Origin: an uncultured Mycoplasmatota bacterium
GTDB lineage: Bacteria; Bacillota_I; Bacilli_A; RF39; UBA660
Direction of reading: 5' to 3'
Assembly: GCA_900546245.1 (NCBI GenBank)
Contig: URBY01000001.1
Span: forward strand, 10,038-74,037
DNA: 64,000 bases
Shown here in pieces: positions 10,063 through 20,607 of this stretch. Positions within the stretch are counted from its first letter, which is position 1. The number at the start of each line of letters is the position of its first letter. Position numbers and translations under genes: made by a program. The notes beneath the pieces are model-generated. The model ran no database searches. It saw only the letters and a list, made by a program, of their open reading frames with translations, and was not told where the DNA came from.

Positions 10063-11319
10063 GTGTTCAAATTAGTAATGGTGATAAATATGTTTGATAG
10101 TTATATAGTAAAAAATGAAACACTTTATATAGATTTAAATATTAATTATGATTTTGGGAACTTTAGAAATACTAAAACAAGTTTTAAAAATGAACTAAAG
10201 AAATTTTTAAATAATCTAAAAATAAATTTTAATAAAATTGTTCTTACATGTTCTGGAGTAATAATTGGAAGTATTATACTAACAAATAATAATTTTAATA
10301 ATGAAGTATCTATGAAATATGTTCCAAATATTGATACAAGTATTCCATATGTTACGCATTATGATAACGAAAAAAAAGATGACAATATATCAGTAAACAA
10401 TGATGTAAATGAAACTACAAAAAATGTAAATAATGGTCAAATTATTAACAATAATGTAGAAAAATCTGTAAATACAGAGCATTCAAACATAGATAATGTA
10501 AGCTTTAATAGCACAACTAATTCTAGTGTGTCAGAAATTACTGTTTATAGGTCAAATGGAAGCGTAATTAACCTTAATATGACTGATTATTTAATAGGAG
10601 TTGTATCATCTGAGATGCCAGCATCATTTAATTTAGAAGCATTAAAGGCACAAAGTGTACTTGCTAGAACATATGCATTAAAAGCAAAACAAACTGGAAA
10701 AAAATTAACAGATACAGTAAGTACTCAAAGTTATATTGACATAGATCAAATGAAAAATAAATGGGGAAATAGTTTTAATACATATTATAATAAAATTAAA
10801 AATGCTGTGGAAAATACAAATGAAGAATATTTAAGCTACAATGGAAATTATATTGAAGCATTATATCACTCTACAAATAATGGTAAGACAGAATCATCCC
10901 TTGATGTATTTGGAAATTATTATCCATATCTTATTTCAGTATCATCCGAATATGATAAAAATGCATCAAGTTATTTAAGAACAATAAATATGCCACTTGA
11001 TACAATATCAAATAAACTTGGATTAAGTTTAAATAATGATTCTGTAATAAGTATTCTTAGTTATACAGATGGAGGCAACATAAAAGAAATTAATATTAAT
11101 GGAAATAATTTTTCTGGTAAAAAAGTAAGAGAACTATTGGGTCTTAGAAGTGCTGACTTCGATATTAGTATTAGTGATAATAATGCAAATATTACAACTA
11201 GAGGATATGGTCATGGTGTAGGTATGAGCCAATATGGCGCAAACGGTATGGCAAATGCTGGATATAGTTATAAAGATATTTTATCTCATTATTATCCAGG
11301 AACAACACTTACTAAATAA
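10063..11319 (+). CDS. SpoIID/LytB-domain protein (stage II sporulation protein D-like lytic transglycosylase/amidase enhancer), 418 aa
   Basis: N-terminal TM segment and a C-terminal SpoIID/LytB domain (…LEALKAQSVLARTYALK…EALYHSTNNGKTES…). The start may instead be the ATG at 10090, which is preceded by GGTGAT. Confidence 0.7.
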   Translation: MFKLVMVINMFDSYIVKNETLYIDLNINYDFGNFRNTKTSFKNELKKFLNNLKINFNKIVLTCSGVIIGSIILTNNNFNNEVSMKYVPNIDTSIPYVTHYDNEKKDDNISVNNDVNETTKNVNNGQIINNNVEKSVNTEHSNIDNVSFNSTTNSSVSEITVYRSNGSVINLNMTDYLIGVVSSEMPASFNLEALKAQSVLARTYALKAKQTGKKLTDTVSTQSYIDIDQMKNKWGNSFNTYYNKIKNAVENTNEEYLSYNGNYIEALYHSTNNGKTESSLDVFGNYYPYLISVSSEYDKNASSYLRTINMPLDTISNKLGLSLNNDSVISILSYTDGGNIKEININGNNFSGKKVRELLGLRSADFDISISDNNANITTRGYGHGVGMSQYGANGMANAGYSYKDILSHYYPGTTLTK

Positions 11320-11321
11320 AA

Positions 11322-11349
11322 AAACATAAAACTTATTTACGTTTTATGT
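11322..11349 (-). terminator. Intrinsic terminator of rluB
   Basis: Perfect 10-bp stem AACATAAAAC / GTTTTATGTT followed by a U-run on the minus transcript. Confidence 0.5.
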
Positions 11350-12061
11350 TATTAGTATATGCATATAATTGTTTTACTTCTTTTATAGTAAGTTTTCTAA
11401 ATTCGCCAGATGATAAACCTTGAAGAGTTAAAAATGCGATTGACTCTCTTTTTAATTTAATAACATTATATCCGGCACTTTCAAATATTCTTTTAACCTC
11501 ATGATTTCTTCCATCATGAATAGTTATTTCAACAATACATGTATTACTCTTTTTATCAGCACTTTTTAATTTTACTCTATCAGGAATACATTTTATACCA
11601 TCTATTACAATTCCACTTTTTATTTTTTTAATTGAATAACCATCTATAATTCCTTCTAGTTTTGCAATATAAACCTTAGGAATTTTATTTTTTGGATGAA
11701 GCATCATATTAGCAAATTCTCCATCATTAGTTAAAAGTATAATACCTGTTGTATCATAATCAAGTCTTCCAACTGGATAAAGTCTTTTATTTGAACTAAA
11801 GAAATCTACTACTGTTTTTCTTCCTTTATCATCTTTTGTAGATGATATTACTCCTCTTGGTTTATATAAAATATAATACTCTTTATCTTGCTTTGATATA
11901 GTATTTCCGTCTACAATAATTTCTTCATTACCTTCTACTTTTGATCCTAATTCAGTAATTCTCTCACCATTAACAAATACTTTTCCCTTTACTATATATT
12001 CTTCTGCTTTTCTTCTAGAACAAAAACCTGAATCCGCAATTGCTTTTTGTAATCTAACCAT
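11333..12061 (-). CDS. rluB: rRNA pseudouridine synthase (RsuA/RluB family, S4 domain + PseudoU synthase), 242 aa
   Basis: MVRLQKAIADSGFCSRRKAEEYI… (S4) and the catalytic-region motif PVGRLDYDTTGIILLTNDG. GAGGAGG RBS. Confidence 0.8.
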   Translation of the reverse strand: MVRLQKAIADSGFCSRRKAEEYIVKGKVFVNGERITELGSKVEGNEEIIVDGNTISKQDKEYYILYKPRGVISSTKDDKGRKTVVDFFSSNKRLYPVGRLDYDTTGIILLTNDGEFANMMLHPKNKIPKVYIAKLEGIIDGYSIKKIKSGIVIDGIKCIPDRVKLKSADKKSNTCIVEITIHDGRNHEVKRIFESAGYNVIKLKRESIAFLTLQGLSSGEFRKLTIKEVKQLYAYTNNIKRK

Positions 12062-12122
12062 AAGAATTCCTCCTCGCTAGAAAAGTATACCATGAATAGA
12101 TAAAATTAGCAAATGTTACACA

Positions 12123-12150
12123 GAAAAAGTTATTCCAGTACACTGTAATA
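12123..12150 (-). terminator. Candidate terminator downstream of the DD-carboxypeptidase gene
   Basis: AAGTTATT-(12 nt)-AATAACTT stem followed by a modest U-run on the minus transcript. Confidence 0.3.
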
Positions 12151-12154
12151 ACTT

Positions 12155-13165
12155 TTATCTTACATATATTGGTTCTTTATGAACACTATTATTTTTATAG
12201 AATACTTCAATATAACCAACTGAACCATCAATTCTATCTTTTTTATTATACATAATTACATTAGTATTAATATTATCTCTTTCATTATTTTTCATTAGAT
12301 AATAATAATTACTCTTTACATATAAATTTTTATATTTTTTAGACTTTATCCTTATTTTCTCCTTATTTATAATCAAATAATTACTATAATTTGCAAACCC
12401 ATATTCATATAATTTTTTATGTGTATTAAAATCATCTCTATCATTAAATGTAACCGCAATTAAATTAACATTCCTTTTAGTTGCACTTGTTACAAGTGTT
12501 CTTTTAGCTTTTACTGTATAACCTGTTTTACCACCTGTTGCATATTTATATGAAAATAATAACTTATTTTTATTTGTCCAAGAATATACATTTGCATTTG
12601 TCTCAACCATTATTTTTTTAGTACTATCTATTTCCTTAAAATCATATAAATTATTTGCATATTTCATTAAAAGTGCCATATCATAGCAAGTTGAATAATT
12701 TCCAGTCTCATCATCATCAAGACCAGATGGATTATTAAATACAGTATTTTTCATACCAATTTCTCCTGCTTTTTCATTCATTTTATTAACAAATTTATCA
12801 TGGCCTCCTAAATAATCTTCAATAGCAAGTGCAGCATCATTTCCACTTCTAAGAAGTAGTCCATATACTAAATTTCTAAGACTTATTTTTTCTCCTTCTT
12901 TAATATATATACCAGAACCATGTGATTTTAATATACTTTCATTAATAGTAACCATATCATCTAGTTTACCAGATTCAATTGCAAGTACTGCCGTCATTAT
13001 TTTTGTAGTACTCGCAATTAAATGTTTTTCATTAATATTTTTAGAAAACAATATTCTACCAGAATCCTGATCGATAAGTATAGCATTATTACTTGGTACT
13101 GATATAGCAAAACAAGTATTTAAACCTATAAAAAATGTAATTATAAAAACTATAAATTTCTTCAT
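12155..13165 (-). CDS. D-alanyl-D-alanine carboxypeptidase (peptidase S11, PBP5-like), 336 aa
   Basis: Signal peptide, then SxxK (ASTTKIMT), SxN (RSGND) and KTG (GGKTGYT) motifs. Confidence 0.75.
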   Translation of the reverse strand: MKKFIVFIITFFIGLNTCFAISVPSNNAILIDQDSGRILFSKNINEKHLIASTTKIMTAVLAIESGKLDDMVTINESILKSHGSGIYIKEGEKISLRNLVYGLLLRSGNDAALAIEDYLGGHDKFVNKMNEKAGEIGMKNTVFNNPSGLDDDETGNYSTCYDMALLMKYANNLYDFKEIDSTKKIMVETNANVYSWTNKNKLLFSYKYATGGKTGYTVKAKRTLVTSATKRNVNLIAVTFNDRDDFNTHKKLYEYGFANYSNYLIINKEKIRIKSKKYKNLYVKSNYYYLMKNNERDNINTNVIMYNKKDRIDGSVGYIEVFYKNNSVHKEPIYVR

Positions 13166-13210
13166 ATTTATACCTCTAATAAACTATATGAAAAAAGACT
13201 ATAAATAGTC

Positions 13211-13819
13211 TTATGAAGTATATATTCCATGTAATTTTTCAATATCACTATTACTTAATTGGTCTAATTGCCATTCACCATTTACTTTTGTTAAAGTAAA
13301 TTCAATAGTATATTTTACTGTATCAGTTACTTTTTCCATTTCAGATATTTTATATTCCATAAATTTATCTTCATCATAATCAGTAGCTGTAATATTATCT
13401 GTTTCATCTGATTTTTCATTAGTAGTTACAGTATCTTCTTCTTTAGCAGTTGTTTTATCTTCTTTTTTAAATTCATCAGGATGTGAATTTAAATATTCAT
13501 TTGCTTTTTTAATAGCTGATCCATAATCATATACTGTTATTTCTGCTTCTACAACAGCATTATTATCCTCTATTATTTCATCTTTAATCTCATATTTCAT
13601 ATTCTTATATTGCTTAGTCATAAGAGTTTTGTATCTTTCTTGATGATCTGCTACTTTTATATCATTTTTAATTGTATTTACTAAATCTTCTATAATATCA
13701 GAATTTTCATTTTTATATTTATCTAAAAATTCTGATACCTTTTGTTTTGGTGTAGTAGCAGCACCTAATGTACATGCAGATAAAAGAATTACAAATAATG
13801 CTAAAAATACTTTTTTCAT
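13211..13819 (-). CDS. Lipoprotein, hypothetical (203 aa from the RBS-supported start)
   Basis: An AGGAGG RBS precedes the internal ATG at 13819-13817 (MKKVFLALFVILLSAC… lipobox LSAC), upstream of which the ORF remains open. No known domain. Confidence 0.5.
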   Translation of the reverse strand: MKKVFLALFVILLSACTLGAATTPKQKVSEFLDKYKNENSDIIEDLVNTIKNDIKVADHQERYKTLMTKQYKNMKYEIKDEIIEDNNAVVEAEITVYDYGSAIKKANEYLNSHPDEFKKEDKTTAKEEDTVTTNEKSDETDNITATDYDEDKFMEYKISEMEKVTDTVKYTIEFTLTKVNGEWQLDQLSNSDIEKLHGIYTS

Positions 13820-13880
13820 AAAAATCCTCCTTCTTTTTATATTTTGATTAAATTCCAAATTTTTATTCAAAAAAATAAAA

Positions 13881-13907
13881 AAATGAGTAATTATTTTTTA
13901 CCCATTT
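13881..13907 (-). terminator. Intrinsic terminator at the end of the SpaA-like gene
   Basis: 8-bp stem AAATGAGT…ACCCATTT (one G·U) followed by a long U-run on the minus transcript. Overlaps the last codons of the gene. Confidence 0.5.
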
Positions 13908-16470
13908 TTTTGTTTAAAATTATTAATCCTGCAATTGCTACAACTAATACTGTTATTATAATAGCATATCTAATTCTTTGTTGTCCTGTTGAAATATTAA
14001 TAATTAATTCTGCTTGTGCTTCAGCACCTTCACCAACAGTAACTTTTTTATTAATGATTGTTGTTGTACCAATTACATATCCATTTTCATTAACAACAAA
14101 ATCAGCATTTGTTTCACTTACCTTTGGAAGTACAAATCCTTCTGGTGCTTCTATTTCAACCACTCTGTACTTTCCTTTAGCATTTACATCTACAAAGCAA
14201 GTTTCACCATTCGCAACTGGTGAAAATGTATATATATCACTTTTACCAGTTGTATCAAATGTATAATTATTTTCCTTTTCATGGAATATTAATGATACAT
14301 CTTCATATGTTGAATTTTTTTCATTATATACTTGTATTTTAAACTTACCATCAGCTAAATAGTTGCCATCTTCATCTATTTTATAGAAACAGAACTCTCC
14401 TTTTGCATTTGGCCACTCTAATATCTGAGCTGGAGATGTTTGTCCACTTCTTGTTACTACAACTTTAATTTCTTTCCATTCAACAGTTGGATCAATCACA
14501 TATCCATCCACAGTTTTAACTTCTTTTAAATAATATGTCCCAACTGGTAAATAATTAATTGTTATTTTACCAGATGCATTTGTAATTAATTGAATTGGTG
14601 TTCCTGTTCCACCTTCTGGATATTGATATATTCCTTCACCTGTTTTAGTCAAATTAATTTGCTTTGACTTATCACTGTTATATAATTCAAAAGTTACACC
14701 CGGTAATTTTACATTATTCTTACCTTTTTTAATAATCTCAACCTTTGTTTTATAATTATTAACAGTTACAGATGCATTTGATGCTCTTTCATATTTTTTA
14801 GTAGTGTAATTATATACGAATAAATCATAATTAACATCTATTTTTATTTTTGTTTCTCTTTCTTCTTTGGTACTAGAAAGCGTATATGGATATACAACTC
14901 CTGTTTCTTCAATTATATATTCACCTTTAGGTAAAAGTGCAAATACATATGTACTTTTATTTGCATCATATAATGTATTTACATCTCCACTAGATGAATA
15001 AACATAACTTCCACTATTTAATTTTTTAAATTTAATATAATTACCATTAGAATCTTTTATTCTAAAATGAGTTCCCTTTACTACTTCCTTAGTTGTTCCA
15101 TCAATTTTATTAATAGAATATTTTTTACTTTCATTATAAATATTTACAAGTGCTATCTCATTTTCAGAGCCAGGTTTTACACTGTTTTTATTAGCTTCAG
15201 GAACACTTACAACTGTTTTACCATTTTTTATACTAAATAGAACATAAAAATCTCCTATTTTTTCATATCCTGGTGGTGTTTGTGTTTCTCTAAATAAATA
15301 ATAACCTGTTTTTAATAATTTATATTCTTTAGAAGTAGAATTATTTGATAAATCAATTGTATAAGCAACATTTTTTAAGTCACAATCTCCAGTTGTATTA
15401 GTACATTTAAATACATTAAATTTTGCTCCCTTTAAATCTGTTCCTGTATCTTTATCCTTTTTTACAATTTTAAATTTACCTTCCTCTGTTTTTACATTTA
15501 ATGATCTTTCAAATACTTTTTGATAGTTACCCATTAATACATCTTGTAATCCAGCAGTAGCAAATCTAAACCATCTAAATGATGAACTACCTGCAACTGT
15601 AGTACCTTTTACTAATTTAAATTTTATACTTGCAGGATTTTCAATTGTATTTTTTGAATAAAATTTAACTTTACCTCCATTTTTATCAGATATTGATACA
15701 CCACTTGGAAGTGATGATGTATCTATATTGTATGAACCAACATCAATACCTTCTGATTCATATTGTTTAGTCGAATCATTCCAAGATAAAGTAAATGTTT
15801 GTCCAAATGCTGCTGGAACATTACCTTCTCCTGATAAATCACGAGCTTGATCTAGTATATTCTTATATATTGATAGAAGAGCTGGATCACTTGAAACATA
15901 ATTATATGTATTATTAGGTACACCATTTTGTGGATCATAATTATAATTATGTCTAGCATTTTCCATTACTTCCCATACAAGTATTTGTGTAACTAATACC
16001 CTTCTACATACATTTGCGTCTCTACATGTTGCTTTAAATCCACCACTGTTTGGAACAACAATTGTTCCTTCTATATTATTATTACCATTTTGATATCCAC
16101 TTGCTAATATATTTTTTAAAAGTTCTTGCTGTGATGCAGATAGTGTTTGTCCTGTTGTTGTACTATATAAATCTGCAAAACCACTATGCTCATAAACAGT
16201 TTCTTTTTCATGAACACCTTTACCAGCATGTAAACAGTAACCATGGTAATAATCATTTCCTTGATAAACTTCATGTATATTAAACCAAGATGATTGATAA
16301 AAGTTATGTGCAACACTATTACTTATATTATATCTACCACCAGGTGCAGTAGTAAATGTTGATAATTTAACCCATTTTGTACTATATTCCCATGCTGAAA
16401 CATTTCGAAATGGAAAGAAGATAATAATTGAAATAAATAATATAATAAATAATCTTAACTTCTTATTCAT
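13891..16470 (-). CDS. Secreted multi-domain surface protein with SpaA/CnaB-type (prealbumin-like) domains and a C-terminal sorting-signal-like anchor (NISTGQ + TM + KKMGKK), 859 aa
   Basis: The start is the RBS-supported (AGGAGG) ATG at 16470-16468 (MNKKLRLFIILF… signal peptide). CnaB-like segments (YYLFRETQTPPGYEK; TYYLKEVKTVDGYV; GKYRVVEIEAPEGFV). C-terminus …NISTGQQRIRYAIIITVLVVAIAGLIILNKKMGKK. Confidence 0.6.
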   Translation of the reverse strand: MNKKLRLFIILFISIIIFFPFRNVSAWEYSTKWVKLSTFTTAPGGRYNISNSVAHNFYQSSWFNIHEVYQGNDYYHGYCLHAGKGVHEKETVYEHSGFADLYSTTTGQTLSASQQELLKNILASGYQNGNNNIEGTIVVPNSGGFKATCRDANVCRRVLVTQILVWEVMENARHNYNYDPQNGVPNNTYNYVSSDPALLSIYKNILDQARDLSGEGNVPAAFGQTFTLSWNDSTKQYESEGIDVGSYNIDTSSLPSGVSISDKNGGKVKFYSKNTIENPASIKFKLVKGTTVAGSSSFRWFRFATAGLQDVLMGNYQKVFERSLNVKTEEGKFKIVKKDKDTGTDLKGAKFNVFKCTNTTGDCDLKNVAYTIDLSNNSTSKEYKLLKTGYYLFRETQTPPGYEKIGDFYVLFSIKNGKTVVSVPEANKNSVKPGSENEIALVNIYNESKKYSINKIDGTTKEVVKGTHFRIKDSNGNYIKFKKLNSGSYVYSSSGDVNTLYDANKSTYVFALLPKGEYIIEETGVVYPYTLSSTKEERETKIKIDVNYDLFVYNYTTKKYERASNASVTVNNYKTKVEIIKKGKNNVKLPGVTFELYNSDKSKQINLTKTGEGIYQYPEGGTGTPIQLITNASGKITINYLPVGTYYLKEVKTVDGYVIDPTVEWKEIKVVVTRSGQTSPAQILEWPNAKGEFCFYKIDEDGNYLADGKFKIQVYNEKNSTYEDVSLIFHEKENNYTFDTTGKSDIYTFSPVANGETCFVDVNAKGKYRVVEIEAPEGFVLPKVSETNADFVVNENGYVIGTTTIINKKVTVGEGAEAQAELIINISTGQQRIRYAIIITVLVVAIAGLIILNKKMGKK

Positions 16471-19400
16471 TGTCATATCCTCCTTCTTCCATTTCATCTT
16501 CTGTAACCTCATTATCTATAATTGTATATTCATCATCATCAACAATTTCTAAGAAATTAGTAATAATTGGCTTTATTTTTAAATCTGTTGCTGCAACAAA
16601 ATTTATATAATCTCCACCATTATTTGTAACTAAATCTAATACAATTGTTATATAATATTTTTCACCAGGCATAATCATTGTTTTATTAAGGTCTTTATAA
16701 TATAAATTACCTTCACTTTCATACCATCCATCATTTTCTGGTAGATTTGGATTAAATGTCATACCTTCTGGTATTGTTTCTATAATATTTCCGATTGTAC
16801 CTGGAAAATATCTTGAGTTTTCAAGTTCAATTAAGTAACTTACTCTAAATGATGTATTTTTTAAGTTTTTAACATCTATTTTAACTTTATTTTGTTTTTC
16901 ATAATCATATGATTGAACACCTTTATTAGATGTTACTGTTACATTTGTTATATATTTATTCATTTTAATATCAAAATCTTGTCTTACTCTTAAACCTAAA
17001 TCGATATTTGATGCCGCAACTATATCATTATCTAACTTAACTATATTAGACACTGCTGAACAAGTTCCATCGTTTAACATATCTGCATCAGAATCTACTA
17101 AAGATAAATCTCCTTTACCTGTAGGATCCTGTTTATTTTTTTCTGTTACAGTATATTTATCACAATCAAATGTATATTTAACATAATAATTACCAGATGT
17201 TAATGCTTTAAATTTATAAGCACCTTTTAAATTTGTTACAGTTTCTTCAACTAATTCATCACTATCACTTATAACTTCTAATGGCTTTTTATAATCTGTT
17301 ACATTTGAAGATGCTTTATATAATTGAACTATAATATCTGATAATCTTGGTTCTTTATTAGAATATATTCCATCATAATTTTGATCTTCAAATACATAAC
17401 CTGATATTGTTCTATTATATACAGAAACTGTTGAAACATTTGAGCTATATACTCTTGTACCTATTTCAGTAGATGTACATTCATTTTCATTTGCATCTTC
17501 ATCCTTACAAATTAAACTATTTTTATGTAACATATAGAAATTATTATTATATGTATCTAATTCTTTGTTACCTTTTGTTGTTATTACAATATTTATTCCG
17601 GTTTCACCTGCGAAATAACTTCCCTTTTGAATTGGATTTGATGAAACAATTTTTATTGCAGTAACATCATTAGTTACAAAAGTATAGTTTGTCCATTTTG
17701 TCCAATTAACAGAATTTGAATTTTTCATTTCATTATTTAATATTGTTTTAGGATTATCCTTTGTATAATATGCTTCATAACCTGCTGGTAATGTATTATA
17801 TATAGAAACACCAATAGTTCCACTATAAGTTGATCCATATGATGAACCAACACCATCACCATTATAAGGAAGTATATTTAATAATTCTAAGTTGGCATTA
17901 TCTGCTACAAGATTTGTAGCCTTCATATTATAACCATAACTTCCATTTGCCTCGATATAATTTAGACCAACAGAACCAAGTGCTGTAATATCATTTGTAT
18001 TTCTCAAAATTATTTCTTTTGTATTTGTTCTTAAACTTTCTGGTGTATTTGCTGGAATTTCAAGTGTTGCATTTGTATTAGGTTTTACCTTACCTGTTAT
18101 TACCGCTTTTATATTAGCAGCAGTATTATCCAAAGTATTAATAACTACATAAGCATGAATTTTTAATACTGGTATAGTTCCTGCGGCTGAAACACTTTCT
18201 TTTTTTATTTCCTCTGCACTATAGCTATATGAATATGTTAAATAACTTTTACCATTAGCATCTGTAGCTTCAGATGGAGTACCTACTGGTTTTTTATCTC
18301 CCTTTAATACTGCAACCGTCATAGATGTTGGAAGTGTAACACTTACTGTAGCACCTGATATTTCAGCATTCATATCTGATTTATATATTACTGGTCTTAT
18401 TTGAATTTCCATTGGATCATTTTGTCCAGAATATATTTCATTTTTCTCTGAATTATTTTTATCAAGAACTGTTATATCATCTATTGATGCTTTTAATCCT
18501 GTTACAATAATACTATTACCATATTTACTTTTTGGGCTTTCCTCTTTTGATACTTTATACATTGCATTATCATATAATGTTTTGCTATAAGACATATCAC
18601 TTGTTTGTTTAGACAAATTAACTGGTATTACATTTTTTCCTGATTCATACATATAAAATCTTTCTTTATTACCATCTTGTTCCCAGTCTGTAAATCCACG
18701 TGAGACAACTTGATATGAATTACCAACTAAATTTGTGTTATTTTTAACTTGTGCTTTAAATCTAAGAGTTGTTGTAACACCTGTTTTGTATGTACTTGAA
18801 ACATTTAATCTAATAAGAATTATTTTATCACTATTACTGCTATTTACAGCTGTTGCTTCATTTATTGATTCATACCATTTAACAGATGAATTTTCTTCTA
18901 TACATGGTCCGCCATAATAATTCATTAATTCTTCTTTTGATAATTTTGATAAATTAGTTGGACAATAGCTTGGTGCATCACTTTTAACTTTAAAATAATT
19001 TGAATTCCATTCACCAATACCATAATTTAATGTATATTGATGATTTTTATCCTTATCACTAAAGTTAATATAATAATCTTTACTTTCATCTGATAAATTA
19101 TTTATATTTATAATTTTTATTGCTGTATTATCTATTTTTAAATAGTTTGTGATTCCATTTGGTAAATCATCACCTACATTAAGCCCATAATTTATTGTAT
19201 CTTGTATATAAAATTCTTCATTATAGTTATAAAATGCAGAATTTGGTAATGTAGTAACTGGTTTATCTGTTATTTCAGATGTTTGAATATTATTTGAATT
19301 AATAAAATCAACTTTTGATAGATAATCCCCTACAAAAGGGACATAATTATCTAACATAGTTATACTCTCACCATTTGCTGATATTGTATAATTAATATTA

Positions 19401-20512
19401 CTCTTATTTGTAAAATCTGTTCTTTCAGTATTAATAATTAATTGTTTTGTTGATACATAATTTACATTAACCGGTTTATCTTCTGTACCTAAATTAATTG
19501 TTTTATCATGATACATTAAATTTTTTATTGTTATTTTGTATGTATTATCATTTACTTTTTCAATACCAGAATTACCATTTTTATTACCATCATATGAATA
19601 AGGAAGCTCTGCAATTACATATTCACTATCACTATTATAATTTCCAACAGTAGGAGTATCTAATACTCTTGAAATTGCTAAATCAGAAGAAATATTTACA
19701 TCAAAAGATATTTTTGAAGGAACCTGTAATCCAAATATTCCCTTGTTAGAATCAAATGGTAAATATATAGCAATACCTACTGGTAATGAAGCACTACCAA
19801 CTTCTTTTCCTTTAACAACACCATTATATAATTTTAAATTCCATGCTTCTTTTGCAGTTACTGTTACTTCTTTAACACTTATGCTATCAGATACATCTGA
19901 ATCATCTGTATAAATTTTATAATTTTCATCTGTTGATTCTCTAACTCTTATAAGTGGATTAATTGTTTGATTATTTTTCGAATTTATATTAGAAACATTA
20001 ATTCTAGCTGTATTTTTATCAGTTAAAACTGAATCAGGTATATCAAAAATATAATAATTATAATTTTTACCATCAATTGTAATATTCTCATGTTTTGATG
20101 CTGCAGTTGCAGTTGATGAATCACCTTTTTCAGATACATCTGCTGTTATATCTGATGGTAAAAGAAAATCAACTATAACATGACGTTGTGGATCTGTAGG
20201 TTTTTCATCTAAACTAGAATCTTCTTTATAATCAAGATTATAAGATATATCATATTCTACCGAATCAAAACTTCTTACAATTCCATTACTATCAGATGAA
20301 TCATTTCCTTCTTCATCATTAGAATCAAAATTACCATCTTTATTTGGTGTACCATCTATAACAGATACTTTTGCATTTTTTACTTCAATTTGATTAGCAA
20401 AAGGATCTTCTTCTGCAGTAACAAATAAATATATACCGAATGATAATATTAAAAATGCAAAAACTGATAATACAATTCTATATTTATATATAAATTTTTT
20501 TATAGTTTTCAT
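16463..20512 (-). CDS. Giant secreted adhesin-like protein (1349 aa) with SdrD B-like/CnaB and DUF11-like repeat domains and an acidic C-terminus
   Basis: The start is the GGAGG-supported ATG at 20512-20510 (MKTIKKFIYKYRIVLSVFAFLILSFGIYLFVTA signal). SdrD-B-like SGYVFEDQNYDG…, DUF11-like …GTIGNIIETIPEGMTFNP…. The stop overlaps the start of the next gene (ATGAATAA). Confidence 0.6.
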   Translation of the reverse strand: MKTIKKFIYKYRIVLSVFAFLILSFGIYLFVTAEEDPFANQIEVKNAKVSVIDGTPNKDGNFDSNDEEGNDSSDSNGIVRSFDSVEYDISYNLDYKEDSSLDEKPTDPQRHVIVDFLLPSDITADVSEKGDSSTATAASKHENITIDGKNYNYYIFDIPDSVLTDKNTARINVSNINSKNNQTINPLIRVRESTDENYKIYTDDSDVSDSISVKEVTVTAKEAWNLKLYNGVVKGKEVGSASLPVGIAIYLPFDSNKGIFGLQVPSKISFDVNISSDLAISRVLDTPTVGNYNSDSEYVIAELPYSYDGNKNGNSGIEKVNDNTYKITIKNLMYHDKTINLGTEDKPVNVNYVSTKQLIINTERTDFTNKSNINYTISANGESITMLDNYVPFVGDYLSKVDFINSNNIQTSEITDKPVTTLPNSAFYNYNEEFYIQDTINYGLNVGDDLPNGITNYLKIDNTAIKIININNLSDESKDYYINFSDKDKNHQYTLNYGIGEWNSNYFKVKSDAPSYCPTNLSKLSKEELMNYYGGPCIEENSSVKWYESINEATAVNSSNSDKIILIRLNVSSTYKTGVTTTLRFKAQVKNNTNLVGNSYQVVSRGFTDWEQDGNKERFYMYESGKNVIPVNLSKQTSDMSYSKTLYDNAMYKVSKEESPKSKYGNSIIVTGLKASIDDITVLDKNNSEKNEIYSGQNDPMEIQIRPVIYKSDMNAEISGATVSVTLPTSMTVAVLKGDKKPVGTPSEATDANGKSYLTYSYSYSAEEIKKESVSAAGTIPVLKIHAYVVINTLDNTAANIKAVITGKVKPNTNATLEIPANTPESLRTNTKEIILRNTNDITALGSVGLNYIEANGSYGYNMKATNLVADNANLELLNILPYNGDGVGSSYGSTYSGTIGVSIYNTLPAGYEAYYTKDNPKTILNNEMKNSNSVNWTKWTNYTFVTNDVTAIKIVSSNPIQKGSYFAGETGINIVITTKGNKELDTYNNNFYMLHKNSLICKDEDANENECTSTEIGTRVYSSNVSTVSVYNRTISGYVFEDQNYDGIYSNKEPRLSDIIVQLYKASSNVTDYKKPLEVISDSDELVEETVTNLKGAYKFKALTSGNYYVKYTFDCDKYTVTEKNKQDPTGKGDLSLVDSDADMLNDGTCSAVSNIVKLDNDIVAASNIDLGLRVRQDFDIKMNKYITNVTVTSNKGVQSYDYEKQNKVKIDVKNLKNTSFRVSYLIELENSRYFPGTIGNIIETIPEGMTFNPNLPENDGWYESEGNLYYKDLNKTMIMPGEKYYITIVLDLVTNNGGDYINFVAATDLKIKPIITNFLEIVDDDEYTIIDNEVTEDEMEEGGYDNE

Positions 20513-20587
20513 ATGAGCCTCCATATTATTATTTCTTATAATAATTAAACCATTTTTTTTAAATAAAATCAATAAAATACAAAAAAA

Positions 20588-20607
20588 TTATGAGTTATTA
20601 CTCACAA
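20588..20607 (-). terminator. Candidate terminator after the 221-aa gene
   Basis: TTATGAGT-(4 nt)-ACTCACAA stem with an A7 run on the plus strand, giving a U-run on the minus transcript. Confidence 0.35.

Noticed and set aside
14014-16316. Small ORFs on either strand inside the 859-aa surface protein gene (13844-14266, 14014-14223, 16050-16283, 16116-16316)
   Set aside because: They are embedded in a long ORF with recognisable CnaB-type domains and have no RBS, so they are chance frames.
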